A stretch of DNA of 64,000 nucleotides. Origin: a virus. The stretch lies in IMG/VR virus record IMGVR_UViG_3300045934_000106, positions 3,919 to 67,918 of that record; one strand, written 5' to 3'. A program made the position numbers and the translations under genes. This document shows positions 16,848 to 28,400 of this stretch, piece by piece. Under the pieces are notes generated by a model, which saw nothing but the letters and a program-made list of their open reading frames with translations, was not told the DNA's origin and did not search any database. Numbering within the stretch: the stretch's first letter is position 1; each line of letters opens with the position of its first letter.

Positions 16848-17915
16848 TCTACGAACGGCCCGACTCACCCTTCTGGTGGATGCTGCTCGAGCGTCCCGGC
16901 CGGAAGCCGCTCCGTCGCTCGACGAAGGTGCTCGTGCTCGCGTCCTCTCCGGAACAGACCAAGGAGAATCGCCGGCTGGCGCACGCCGCGTACGACGCCG
17001 AGATGGGCGATCTCGCGCGACGGCGGTTCAAGCTGCCCAGCACGCAGGGGCGCACGTTCGCCGCACAGGCCGAGTGGTATCTGACGCATCACACGGCGAC
17101 GCACCGCGGCGCGTTTCAAGAGCGCTCCCGCATCGTGCAGCTCGTCGCCGCCTTCGGCGAGGAGGACGTCGCGGAGATTACGCCCACCCGCTGGGCCGAG
17201 TATCGCGCCGCGCGTCTCGAGGCCGGCGTCAGTGAGAGCACGATCGGCAACGATCTCACCGTCGCCAAATTGATTCTGGCGTCCGCCGTGCCGGCCTACC
17301 TCGATGTGTCCGGCCTGGCCACGGTGAAGCGCAAGACGGTGCGCGTCCCGGAGAAGCGGATCATCGCGCGCGCCGACGAGCCCGCGTTTCTCAAGGCGCT
17401 ACTCGCGCTCAATCGCGAGCTCCACGACCTCTACCTCGTGGGCGTGGGCACGCTGCTGCGACAAGAGAACTTGCTGGAGCTGCAACGTCGCGCGCATCTC
17501 GGCGACCCGCTTGACCCTCCTCACGAAGACCGGCGCTCACACGGTGCCGCTCACCGGGCCGACACCGCTCCAGCGACGCGCCGCGAAGGTGCTGCGCGCC
17601 CGTCTGCCGAAGAAACCTCGCGACTACTTTTTTCCGGAGTGGCAGGCGCACTTCGCGCGGTTCACGTATGACCGTGGATCCGGCCGGCGCTATTTCCTCC
17701 GCCTGGTGCGGCGGGCGGCGCGTGATGCCGACATTCCGTGGGGCCTCGCCAATGGCGGGATCGTGTGGCACACGGCGACACGCGCGACCGGCGCGACGCG
17801 GATGATCCGCGAGTACCAGGTGGACGTGCGCACCGTGCAGCGCATCGGCGGGTGGGCGTCGTTGGACCAGATGATGGCCTATCTGGGCGTGGAAACGACG
17901 AAATCAATCACGTGA
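16844..17915 (+). pseudogene. int: tyrosine integrase split by a +1 frameshift near 17507
   Basis: Frame 1 carries the N-terminus and TLLRQENL (catalytic R); frame 2 carries TKTG, HTATR, GGW and MMAYL; removing one C from GACCCGC joins the two. Confidence 0.85.
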
Positions 17916-18135
17916 CAATCACGTGGGATTACGATGCGGCGATAACAGGCTGACAGGTCAGCAACTTGCACGGAAATGCCCTCGGCCTTCTAAGCCGAGG
18001 GTCGCAGGTTCGAGTCCTGCCGGGCGCGCTTCACTTTCATAGAGGAAAACGCCACAAACCGGCCAGCCCGGCCGCCCCGTACACCCCCGTACGCCCCCTC
18101 TGTCAATCACGTGACAATCACGTGGCCTCACGTGG
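17904..18135 (+). repeat. integrase arm-type sites flanking the attP core
   Basis: Identical TCAATCACGTGACAATCACGTGG at 17904-17926 and 18103-18125, plus a further TCACGTGG ending at 18135. Confidence 0.8.
17981..18029 (+). other. attP core: 3' half of tRNA-Arg (TCT anticodon)
   Basis: Anticodon arm TCGGC-CTTCTAA-GCCGA, T-arm GCAGG-TTCGAGT-CCTGC, acceptor 3' strand CGGGCGCG; no 5' half upstream; directly after the integrase. Confidence 0.85.
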
Positions 18136-18327
18136 CCCGAAGCACGGTTTGGCGAACCGGACCCCGCCGCGTGGGTGCTCGGACCGACCGTCCCAGCGCT
18201 CCGAGCCGCACACGGGACAGCGCTGATGATGGGGGAGTGGCGCCGGATCGCGTGGGATCTCCGTCTCGCCGCGCTGGTGCGCCAGCCACAGCGCCGTCAG
18301 GGCGCCGAGACCGTTACCTGGGATCAC
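18118..18327 (-). CDS. hypothetical protein with CxxC
   Basis: Coupled to the upstream stop; RCPVCGS. Confidence 0.4.
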   Translation of the reverse strand: MIPGNGLGALTALWLAHQRGETEIPRDPAPLPHHQRCPVCGSERWDGRSEHPRGGVRFAKPCFGPREAT

Positions 18328-18587
18328 TCGTCCACGCGCACGATGATCGTGACGTGCTGGCCACGGAGTTGACGCAGGCGCAGCCAGCCGGCGGAGTCGG
18401 GCTTGACCATGATCGCGCTCGCTTGCCCGACCGCGAACATCCCGTCCGCTAGTTCGTGGTCGCTTGAGGTGAGCTGGCCCATGCTGACCGTGTAGGACTC
18501 GCCGAACGCCGCCGCGGGCGCCCCGCAGGCGCGCAGCCCCGTGATCGCCACAATGAGCACGAACAGCCAGAGGCCCGCACGGCTCAT
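18324..18587 (-). CDS. exported or membrane hypothetical protein
   Basis: Hydrophobic N-terminus LWLFVLIVAITGLRAC. Confidence 0.6.
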   Translation of the reverse strand: MSRAGLWLFVLIVAITGLRACGAPAAAFGESYTVSMGQLTSSDHELADGMFAVGQASAIMVKPDSAGWLRLRQLRGQHVTIIVRVDE

Positions 18588-18835
18588 TTACTCCACGTCG
18601 CCGTGACGCGCCAATTCGCGCTCTTCTGATCGCGGAGCTTCTCGAGCTCGCCGGAGAACATCCACGTGCCGACCTTCGTATCGAAGGCGGCCGTGCCGGT
18701 CACGCTGATGCCGCTTTGGTTCGCCACGGCGATCACGGCGACCGTCTTGCCTTGCTGCTGAAGGATGCGCGCTTCGCGCTCCGCCAGCTCCAGGCCGGAC
18801 CGGAGAATCCCGGGCGGGCTAGTACTGAATTCCAT
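18584..18835 (-). CDS. hypothetical protein with beta-strand-rich C-terminus
   Basis: MEFSTSPPG...SANWRVTATWSK. Confidence 0.5.
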   Translation of the reverse strand: MEFSTSPPGILRSGLELAEREARILQQQGKTVAVIAVANQSGISVTGTAAFDTKVGTWMFSGELEKLRDQKSANWRVTATWSK

Positions 18836-19463
18836 GGTGCTTCCTGATGGTGTCGAGGATCCAGCTCCACGGCGCGAACCATTTCGCGTCGTGCAGCACG
18901 CCGCTATGGCCGGCGTCCGGCAAATGGTGATTGCAGCCCGCGCTGCCGACGAGGGGATGCGGCCGGCGCACGCCGAAGAACCCATCACCGAGGCCGCCGA
19001 GCCACTGCATAGAATCGCTGCCGTCGCTGTGCAGGTGAATCCAGTAGCCGATGTTTTTGCGCGCCGCCTCGCCGTACTCCTGGATGATGTCCGCGCGCAC
19101 GGGCCCACAGATGTCGACCAGCGTGTGAATGTACAGGCCGTTGGCGGCGGCAATCAGCGCCGGCTGGAGGCCGTGCGAATGCGTAATGACATGCGTCCAC
19201 AAGGGCGGGATCCGCATCGTGGGCGCCCGTGGCGGCACAATCCGATCGCGCAGGTGCAGGCCGGCGGCGTGCCATGTCGCCCGCTTACGCCAGGGCCAGA
19301 AGCCATCGAGGTTCGTCGACCAGATGAACGTGTCGACGTCGAACCCCTCGGAATCCATCAGGGCCCGCCAGGGCGATCCCTCCTGATACCACTGCGCTTT
19401 GAGATCCTTGGGCGCCCAGCCGTGGGTACCCGGGACGACCGTCACGGGGATGCGTTCGTTCAC
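18819..19463 (-). CDS. alpha/beta-hydrolase-like (lipase/esterase) protein
   Basis: VVPGTHG oxyanion-like motif, HVITHSHG nucleophile elbow, C-terminal GHS. Confidence 0.7.
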   Translation of the reverse strand: MNERIPVTVVPGTHGWAPKDLKAQWYQEGSPWRALMDSEGFDVDTFIWSTNLDGFWPWRKRATWHAAGLHLRDRIVPPRAPTMRIPPLWTHVITHSHGLQPALIAAANGLYIHTLVDICGPVRADIIQEYGEAARKNIGYWIHLHSDGSDSMQWLGGLGDGFFGVRRPHPLVGSAGCNHHLPDAGHSGVLHDAKWFAPWSWILDTIRKHHGIQY

Positions 19464-19474
19464 TCAGCACCTGG

Positions 19475-20881
19475 CTATCTGACCTGTCCCATCACGACAC
19501 TGCCAATCCGCCCGCTGTAGACCGTCTCGACGTGCGCCGCGCGCTCCGCCGGCAAGGACGGGACGCCGCGCTCGCCGTAGAGCACGTAGACAAACCGCCC
19601 GTCGCGGTGTTGCACGCCGTCACAGCGCTCGTGATCGTTCGCCACGAAGACGCGCGTCCCGCGCCAGCGCTCGCCGGAGTGGTGAATCGTGTGCCAGCGC
19701 ATCAGATCGAACGGCAGCGACTCGACCAGGGAGACCGTTTCGTGAAACCCGGGCTGCTCCTCGATCGGGCTGTCCCAGAACACGCCCGGCGACGACATAT
19801 AGGTGTAGGCTTGGCCCGCGACGAGGCTGATCGCCGCCAGCAGGGCAAGCATCTCGGGGTCGTTCTCCTGGCCCACCGTGACGCCGCTCCCTGGTCCGAT
19901 GGGCTCCGTCATCCATCCGGGCTTACCGATCGCTTGGCACGCGCCGTAGCCGTCGGTGAAGTAGTGCTCGAGCATCCGCTTGCGGTTGCGGTCACGCAGC
20001 GGATGGATCGTGACGACGGTCGCCGGGTGCTGCGACCACGCCCGCAGCGGTTCGAGTTCTTCCTGTTCGGCGGGTGCGGAGAGCCCACGAATCGCCGGCA
20101 GGCCGCCGGCGCCCTGCTCGAACGCGTGCAGCATGCCGATCGCCTCGTCCGGCGTGTCCACGCCGTTCTGCCAGGACTCATTACAGGCCCACAGGCCGGC
20201 CAGGACGTCGTGTCCCATCGCGCCGAGACTCTTATAGAGCGCGCCCACGTCGCGCAGGTGGGCGCGCTTCTGGGAGATCGACCACGAATTGAGGTCGCCG
20301 CGGTCATGCATCACTTTCAACTGGCGGTCGTGGCAGGCGTGCAGGAACGCCGCGAGGTGGTCGTAATACGAGGGGGTCGCCGGCACGTGCGCGTTGGCGC
20401 GCGACGGAAACGCAATCGGCGTCACCTCGCGGCCGCGCCACGCGGCATCGTAGTAGCCGAGCACGTCCCAGAAGCGGATCCCGTGATACCCGCCGTTCGC
20501 AATCGCGTCGAGCTGTCGCCGGACGTCATCCGGCCGGCGCACGAACGCCGAGAACGCTTCGCCGAAGTGGCAGAAAAGCGGGAGCACGGGGCCGCTGTTG
20601 TCGACGTAGACGCGTCCCTCGAGCCGCAGCGGGCCAATGAGTGGCCCCGGGTGCGCCTGCGGGGTGTCAGGGTCTGTCGTCAGGCCGAGCGCGCGATCCA
20701 GCTCGCGCAGGTGCTTCGCGCGGGCCGCCTCTAGTGACATCCCGTCCTTGATGTCGTTGCACATCCGGATCGGCCAGATCGGATACAGGTGATCGGGCTC
20801 ACGCCCCGCGCGCGCGTAGCGCTCGCGCACCGTGTCGAGGACGGGGTACCAGAAGTCAGGTTCAGAGGGATACGGGATCAT
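19475..20881 (-). CDS. clan GH-A (GH5-like) TIM-barrel glycoside hydrolase
   Basis: GYHGIRFW, WACNES (acid/base NE), IHPLR, WMTEP (nucleophile E). Confidence 0.6.
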   Translation of the reverse strand: MIPYPSEPDFWYPVLDTVRERYARAGREPDHLYPIWPIRMCNDIKDGMSLEAARAKHLRELDRALGLTTDPDTPQAHPGPLIGPLRLEGRVYVDNSGPVLPLFCHFGEAFSAFVRRPDDVRRQLDAIANGGYHGIRFWDVLGYYDAAWRGREVTPIAFPSRANAHVPATPSYYDHLAAFLHACHDRQLKVMHDRGDLNSWSISQKRAHLRDVGALYKSLGAMGHDVLAGLWACNESWQNGVDTPDEAIGMLHAFEQGAGGLPAIRGLSAPAEQEELEPLRAWSQHPATVVTIHPLRDRNRKRMLEHYFTDGYGACQAIGKPGWMTEPIGPGSGVTVGQENDPEMLALLAAISLVAGQAYTYMSSPGVFWDSPIEEQPGFHETVSLVESLPFDLMRWHTIHHSGERWRGTRVFVANDHERCDGVQHRDGRFVYVLYGERGVPSLPAERAAHVETVYSGRIGSVVMGQVR

Positions 20882-21417
20882 GGCGTCCGCCATTCCGGCA
20901 GAGGGATCTGCCCGGTGAGTGCCTTCACGGCGCGATCGATGTCGCGCCGCATCCACTTGTAGGCCGGGAACGTGTATTTCATTTGCGCCAGGTACGGCGC
21001 CGCCACGCGTTCGGCCGTCTTCGAGTGATAGAACTTCTGCACGCCCACGCCGACCATCTCGGCGAAGAGCTGCCCGAACATCTTGGTTTGCTCGTCAATC
21101 GTGGGCGGCTGCAGGAAATGCCCGGCTTCGTGCGCGAGCACTTCGAAGCGGGCATTGACCGAGAGCCAGGGCTGCAGGTAGATGGTGCGCGTGTGCGCTT
21201 CCGCATAGCCCAGATACGAGACCTTGGGATGGAGGTCCACGAGCCGGACTCCCCACGCCTTTAGCCGCTGCTCGAGGTCCGCGAGCCCGGCGGCCATCTC
21301 GTCGCCCGGTGTCGGCTCATACTTCGCGCCGAAGTGTGAGATCTCTTCGGCGAGGCGCAGCGTCGTTGGCGCACACGCCACCATCGAGAGAGCGACCACG
21401 CACAGCACCGCGCGCAT
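20878..21417 (-). CDS. lipoprotein with HEXXH zinc metallopeptidase motif
   Basis: Lipobox-like LSMVAC; EVLAHEAGH. Confidence 0.7.
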   Translation of the reverse strand: MRAVLCVVALSMVACAPTTLRLAEEISHFGAKYEPTPGDEMAAGLADLEQRLKAWGVRLVDLHPKVSYLGYAEAHTRTIYLQPWLSVNARFEVLAHEAGHFLQPPTIDEQTKMFGQLFAEMVGVGVQKFYHSKTAERVAAPYLAQMKYTFPAYKWMRRDIDRAVKALTGQIPLPEWRTP

Positions 21418-21434
21418 TCCCACCGCCTTTCGTC

Positions 21435-21977
21435 CTACACCGTCCGGATGTCTCGTCCGGGCTCCAGCTCCAGCAACGTCGTCGTCCGTGCGATCCAGCC
21501 TTCGAGGTGTTCGAGTTGTGATGGGTGCTGGGCGACGACCTTCGCGAGAAACCGCTGGCGATACGCGATCATGTCGCGCCGGATCTGCTCCGGGTCCGCC
21601 GTGTTCGCTGCGCGCGCCGTGATCGGACCGAGCACGCCGTCATAGGGCGGGCCCGGCAGCGCCGCATACTGCAGGCTGCGCACGCCCCGCGCCGCCCCGG
21701 AGTGGATCGCGAAGTCAATCGCGCACAGCCGCACGAGGCGATCGAACACGTGATAGAACTTCGGTTTGAAACAGAACTCGCTATGCAGCACGTCGATCGC
21801 GAGATCGAGCGTGAGTGCCTTCATCTCGTCCTTCGTCACCGGCCGCCCCATGAACGCACTCAGCAGCGCCTGCGTCACGCCGTAGCGCGTGGGTCCGCCG
21901 CGGTCGTTCGGACGATCGGTGTAGCGATGCCCTTCGAAATGGTCGATGATGAACCGGCAGAGGTCCCGGTCCGTCAT
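21435..21977 (-). CDS. endolysin, glycoside hydrolase family 108 with peptidoglycan-binding domain
   Basis: FEG...DRPNDRGGPTRYGVT, DFAIHSG, LQ...DGVLGPIT, GWIAR. Confidence 0.92.
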   Translation of the reverse strand: MTDRDLCRFIIDHFEGHRYTDRPNDRGGPTRYGVTQALLSAFMGRPVTKDEMKALTLDLAIDVLHSEFCFKPKFYHVFDRLVRLCAIDFAIHSGAARGVRSLQYAALPGPPYDGVLGPITARAANTADPEQIRRDMIAYRQRFLAKVVAQHPSQLEHLEGWIARTTTLLELEPGRDIRTV

Positions 21978-22372
21978 CCGCGAAACCCCTTCTCGAACAG
22001 CAGCCAGATCAGCCCGACGCCAATCCCGCCACCGAGCAAGCCCCAGATCACTTTGCCGAAGCGCACGGCGCCCCGCACGTCGCGTGCGAGGTCGACGAGC
22101 TCTTTGACTTCGGCTTCGTTGCTGGCGGGTGTCTTGGCGCGCTGGTGCTTCAGATCGCGCATTTCGCGATCGAGCGAGTCGAGCCGTGGACCAAACGCGG
22201 CGCTGATCGTGGCGTTGCGAGCGGTCTGCGTGCGCAGGTCGCGCACCTCCCCCCGCAGTTCCGACAGCTCGGTCCGTGATTCCGTCCGGTGCTCAGCCAG
22301 CTCGCCGTCTATCCGCGTGAGTAGACGGTGCACTTCTCCAAGCGTGGGCTCGGAGTTCGGGATCTCCCCCAT
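21974..22372 (-). CDS. holin-like or membrane coiled-coil protein
   Basis: Coiled coil plus a C-terminal TM segment IWGLLGGGIGVGLIWLLF; directly upstream of the endolysin. Confidence 0.55.
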   Translation of the reverse strand: MGEIPNSEPTLGEVHRLLTRIDGELAEHRTESRTELSELRGEVRDLRTQTARNATISAAFGPRLDSLDREMRDLKHQRAKTPASNEAEVKELVDLARDVRGAVRFGKVIWGLLGGGIGVGLIWLLFEKGFRG

Positions 22373-22429
22373 TCGGAGTGCCTACCTTTTTGGCCCGGCT
22401 GGCATCTCTGTTGTAGCAAAAGCACTGGA

Positions 22430-25400
22430 CTACCGCCCAACGGGCAAGCGATGGCGCGGCATGCCCTGCAGGCCGGCCTTCCCGGTCGCGAGGCGCGCGG
22501 TGTGCACCAACTCCTCGAGCGCCCGATCGAGGGCGGCGCGTTTCTGCTCCGGCGTCATCGCCTCCGGCGACGCGGCGTAAATCTCATCGATCCCGTCCCG
22601 AATCTCGTCAATCCGCCGCTTGCCGGCCCGGAGCCGATTGGCGCGGTCCCCGGTAAAGCCGGCGACGCCCCGCTGCCGGGTATCCGCCCGTTCGCCCCAG
22701 CGGCCCAGGTCCTGGTGCTCGGCCGCCAGCTCGCGGCCGCGGGTGGCATCATTCACCCTGGCCGCACGGCGCATCGCCTGCTCGGCGCCCGTCATCTCGG
22801 TATAGGCGTCGTAGAACGCCTCGATCGAGACCGACTGCGACGAGAACGCCGCATCACGATGGAAGACATCGGCCAGCGGTTTCACCACGAACGGTACGTC
22901 GTGGCGGTCCCGCGGCGCCCGTTCCTTGACCGCCGGCAGCAGCCCCAGCTTGCCCAGCACCGGATCGGCGATGTAGATGACCGCGATCCGGCCCATGCCG
23001 GCCGTGTAGCCGTAGAACAGGTGTTCAATCTTGGCCGGCGACCACTTCATCAGGCGTCCGAGCGCCTTCGCCGTCTCGCTGGTGAAGTCGTTATGCTGGT
23101 CCTCCTCGGGCAGGTCCAGGTCGAACGGTGACACGATATTCCGGTCGCGGAACGTGCTGTAGTTCGCCATCACTTCGAGAATCGGCAGCACCACGGTCGG
23201 CATCACCGAGACGACCGTTTGTCCCATGTCCGAGTCGCTCGGCCGCAGCCGCTTCCAGTGCTCGGCGTTCCCCATCACCTCGTGTGCCGCGGCCTCGGCG
23301 AGGTCCGCCGCATAGCCCCACTCGAACGGTTTCGGGATGCGGATGAAGTAGTCGGCGCCGTGGAATCTCAGGTGCCAGTAGGTGCGCTTCTCCCACGCCG
23401 GCAGTTCTTGATACTCGTCGTCGTCGTGGTTCCACCAGGCGAGGATGGCGGAGAACAGCATCATCGCGGCGACCTTCTCAAGCGTGCCGACCGGATCCCG
23501 GGCCACCGTCTCACCGATGCGGACGTAGCCCTGCACCCGCGCATTGAAGAACGCCGAATAGCGGTTCAACTCCCGGGTCCACCGGCCGCCGCGGCTGAAG
23601 TCCGTCGTGACATCCCGTGCCGCGAGCGCCGCCCGGGTCAGCGTTTCCTCGTTGATCGTGAACTGCTTGGCGCCGAACAGCCGTTTCAGGACGCCCTGCT
23701 CCACGCCGCCGGCTTCGAGCGCCAGCTTGAACTCGCCCATGCGCGTCGCCATCTCCAGCTGTGAGGACACCATTTGCATGAACTGCAGCGGGTGCATCGG
23801 CCAGTAGCGCAGCAGCGCCTTGGCGTCCTGGCGGTTCAACCGGCCGAGGGTTTCGCGGATGCGTTGGCGGTCCTGGCCCACCATCGCCGTCTGATCGATG
23901 CCGGAGGCGAAGAACTGTTTGGCCACCTCTGTGCCGCGCACCAGCTCAATGAGCCCGCGGGCGGTGTCATAGCCCGGGATGAACCCGTAGCGCGACTGCA
24001 GGAAGGCGACGAGCGCATCACGGGCCGGGTTGCGCGCGATGAAGTGTGGCGTGAGCGTGGCGCCCGCCCGCAGCACGCGCGTGAACGGCTCGACGAACGT
24101 CGCCAGCACGCTGCTCTTCAGGTTCGCCCCAATGCGCGTGATCGCCTCGTAGAGCTCGGGATTGTGGACGTCGTAGAACTCGCGGCGGCCGTCCCGGATC
24201 ACCGTCACGAGGGTCTGGCCGGGCGTGACGAACGTGGCCGGCGTGAACAGCGTCACCAGATCCCGATCGGTCAGGCCGGTCGCCTGGATAAAGTCCGCGA
24301 TCGCGGGGTCCTGGCCGGCGAACGCCTCGAGGATCGCCATCACGTTCACCGTGTCGGGGATCTGCGGGGCGGGGATCTTCTCCAGTCCGCCGAGCCGCGA
24401 GGACGCTTTCGAGCGGTCCGCCTGGTTGGCGAGCGCCATCATCGCGCGGTTCTTCTCGACCATATCGACGATGGCGTGCGTGTTGACGATGATCGACTCG
24501 AACGGGTTGACGATGTCGAGCCCGGATCCTTTGATCCGCTTCACGGGCACGGTGCGGTTGCCGATGCGCATCGCGCCGCTCATGCGCGCCTCGACCTCCT
24601 CCATCACCCGCTTGAACGGGATGTAGAACTCGTTCAGCTTCTTGATCTTGGCGATCTGCTCGTCGCTCATCGCGCCGTACTGGCGCGCGTACTCGAGCAG
24701 CGCATCCTGATAGGCGTAGACCGCGTCCCGGGCCTGCTCGAACGCGGTGAAGTCGGCCCGTTGCTTGGTGACCTTGATCGTCTCGATCGCCTCGGTGAGC
24801 GAGATGCCGGTTTCGACCGGCAGCGTGCGCTTCTTGGTGTCCTTCAGCTCCACCACGCGCAGCGCGACGAGGTAATTGCCGAATTTCTTCAACGTCTCGT
24901 CGTTCTTGGAGACAGGCTTGAGGGCGTCGGCGAGACTGCCGCTGATGAACTTCCCATTGCGCGCCCGCACGCCCCATTCGAGGAAGGCTTGGGCTTTGCC
25001 GGCCGCCCCACGCGCCAGGCGCGCGAGCACGTAGGCGTTCTGGCGGAAGGCCACCGCGGCGCCGTCACGCATCGCGTCGACCGCGCGCTTGATCGGCTGC
25101 AGGTCGTCGACGAGGTTCGTGGCCGCGTGGCGCAGCGCCGCCTTCGGGTCGGTCGCGGCGAGCCGGAGCCCGGTCGCCGGGCCCTTACCGGTGTAGTCGA
25201 TCCGCGCTTCGAGCCGCTCCGGGTAGGACATGCCGAGATAGCCCTGCACGTTCGTACGGGCCTCGTGCAGCGCCTGCTCGAGATCGGGCTTGGTCGCGAG
25301 CTGCTTCGTGAACTCGGCGAAATAGTTCGGCGCGGCCGCCTGCACCGCCGAGGGGTCTAGTAGCCACTCGCGGAAGAAGTTCGCGGCGCCCTCCCGGCGC

Positions 25401-28400
25401 ACCTCGCCGGCCGTATAGGACGGGCGGGACGTGGGCACACCCAGCGCATGCAGTTCCGCTTTCCACCGTTTGTCGTTGCGCTTAATGCCGAGGATGGAGA
25501 TGTCGAGCCCGTGGCCAGCCTCGTGGAAGATGGTCATCAGGTCGTTGGCGACCTTCACGCGGATCGACTCGACGTCGTCTTTGTAGATGCCGCGCGCGCG
25601 CTGGCGGAAGTGCTTTTCGCGCACCGGCACACCGCCCAACGCCTGGCGGATCTGGTTCACGATCGCGCTCGGGCGGAGGTTGGCCGAGACGGGGAGCCCG
25701 GAGCCCTTCGGCGGCGGCATTGGTATTGGGCGCGGCGGCACACTGACCGGCAGGGACGAGACGGATCCGGACGGCGTGTCGTCGTCGCTGTCCTCGTCGG
25801 TGTCCGCGGCCGCCGGCGCCGGCTCGGGTGCGGGCTGCAGCGCCGTCATCCGCTCGCGCACGCGCGATTCGAGGTCCCGCTTTTTCACCGCCTCCCAGAG
25901 GTCGTCTTGTCCCGTGCCAAGATCGGCCGCGCTCAGTAGGCGCCGGGCGTAAATCTCGACGGCCTTGTCATCGCTGGCGGACTCGGCGCGCTCCATGCCG
26001 AGCTCGGCGCGCAGTTGGAACAGTTCCGCTTCCTTCGCTTCGAGTTCGGCCAGCTGCTTAAATGGCGCGTCCAGTAACTTGCGATTGGTCTCGACCTCCT
26101 GCTGGTAGCGCTCGGTCCACTTCTCGCTGTCGGCGATCTCGCTGGCCAGTCGCTGCACCCCGAAGTACGCGTCGAGACTGCGCGTGTAGCTCGGGATCGT
26201 GCCCTGCAGCTTGGAGTGCGGCGAATAGCCGGGCGACGTGCCAACGGGGTCCTTCTCCAGGCGCACGGAGATTGCGGGCGTGTAGAACTGGACCCCCTCA
26301 TCGTTGTGCGCCTGCGTCCCGCGCGTGTACTCCAGCGTGAACGGCCCGGCGGTCCCCATCGCCATCTCGTCGGCGCCGACATATGCGGCGTCGAGCTTCA
26401 TCACGGCCTCGACGTCGGCCTGGAATTGCTTGCGCGCCTCCGGATCTTTCCAGTCGTAGGTGCGCGGCTCGGAGCGCTGGATGGAGTCCATCCCCCACTG
26501 CTTGCCGGCCTTCACTGTCAGCGTGACGGTGGGCTTCTCGTGCCACGCCTTCAGTTCTTCGAGCTTCGCCTTCAGCTTCTCAATGCGCGGATGCGCGCGA
26601 CCGAGGAACTCGACGGTCCGATCGATCTCGCCCTGCGCCGCCTGGCGCTTGCGCGACCAGTTCGTATACCGCGCCCGAAGCCCCTTCAGGTCGCGCTCGA
26701 TATTGAGCATCTTGAGCGTGCGCGGATCGCCGCTGGCGAGCGCGGCGGCCACCTCCATGTCGAGCTGCGACGGGTCGACGTCGTCCATCTTGTTCACTTC
26801 GCCACGGAGCATCTTGTAGATGAATCCCTGCTTGATGGCGAGCAGCGACCAGCGGTATTCGTCGAACGAGCCTTCGGTGACGTAGCGCAGGACCTCGATT
26901 TCCTCGTTCGTGTTGCCCTGGCGACGGATGCGTCCCTCGCGTTGCTCCATGTCGGCCGGGCGCCACGGCACGTCGAGATGGTGGAGTGCCACGAGCCGCT
27001 TCTGCACGTTCATGCCGACGCCACCCTTGGCGGTGGAGGCGATCATGATGCGTACGCGCCCGTCGTTCATCGCAGCAAAGAGGCGGCCCTGTTCTCCTGG
27101 CGTCTGCGCCTGCTGAATGAACGCGATCTCGTCGGCCGGGATCTTGTGCTCTCTCACGAGGACGCGCTTCAGCTCCTCATAGAGGTTGCGCATGTGGCCA
27201 GCGGCGGCGATGTCCCGCATCGCTTCGTCGAACTCGGCCTCTTCGTCAACGATGTCGTCTTTGGCCTCGTCGTCCGTTTCGTCGTCAGCGGCCGCCTCCT
27301 CCTGGACCGGCGCCGCGGCGGCCTGCCCGCCCACGACTGACGGCGGGAGCGGGGGCATTTCCTTGGCCGGCGGCACGCCCACGTCGAGGAACACGAGCTG
27401 TGTGCCCTTGGTGGCGGCGTGCTCGGTGTAGCGCTTCGCCAGTTCGCGGGCGGCGGTGCGAATACGCCCGTTCGGATCGTCTTCGGCCTCTGGCTTCACG
27501 AGCCGCATATCGATCGCGGCGAGGCCCGCCTGCGTCGTGATCAGGAGGTGGTTGTCGTCCTTCGGATCGACGCGGCCCGTTTTCAGCGCCTCAATGCGGT
27601 CGTCGAGTTCGTGCATGAACTTGGGCATCAGCGGGTGCGGCTTGAGTGCGACAACTGTTGGGCGCCCGCCTTTGAGCTTCGGCAGCTTCAGCACGCCGCT
27701 CTGCTCGAGGTCATCGGTCGTCAGCACGTCGGTGAAGCGGCGGAACAGTTTCGACAGTTCGCGCAAGTTGCTCCACTCGCGCAGCCGGATCCGTTCCTTG
27801 TAGCCGGTGCCCGCGGCCTTCTCCATGGCCGGCGACGCCTCGGCGTAGCCACTCATCCACGAGTCGAAGCCAGCCATGCCGAACCGGTCTAGCGTGTGCT
27901 GCGCCAGATACCGGAACATCGTGTAGAGCTCGGAAATAGCGTTACTGACTGGCGTGCCGGTCGCGAACATCAGGTTGCGGTAGTTGCTGGCCTGATTGAT
28001 CAGCCGCGCCTTCAGGAACATATCCATCGCGCGGTCGGAGTCTGATCCGCGCAGCCCGACGATCTTGTTGTGGCGGCTGGAGAAATAGAGATTCTTGAAC
28101 AGGTGCGCTTCGTCGATCAGGAGCGCATCGACGCCGAGCTTCTCGAACTCGACCGGCGCGTCTTTCGCTTGCTGGTCGAGCCGCTTCTGCATGCGCGTGC
28201 GCAGGCGAATGAGCGCCCGGACAATATCCTTCGTGCTCTCCTCGACGCCGCGGCCCATCACGCGCTGCTTCGCTCGCTTGTCTCCGTCGGCGGCCTCGGT
28301 GACGGCTTGGTCGAACTCCTCGACCGTCATATCGAGGCTGTCGGCACCCTCAGCCAGAAGCTGCGCCTCCTGCTCCTCGACGAACGCCCTAAGCGTGTCG

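Noticed and set aside
17981-18029. Complete tRNA-Arg gene
   Set aside because: Only the anticodon arm to the 3' acceptor strand is present, with no D-arm or 5' acceptor strand; interpreted as the attP core
17904-18135. CRISPR-like array from the 23-bp direct repeats
   Set aside because: Only two full copies about 200 bp apart, flanking the att core, with no cas operon; they fit integrase arm sites
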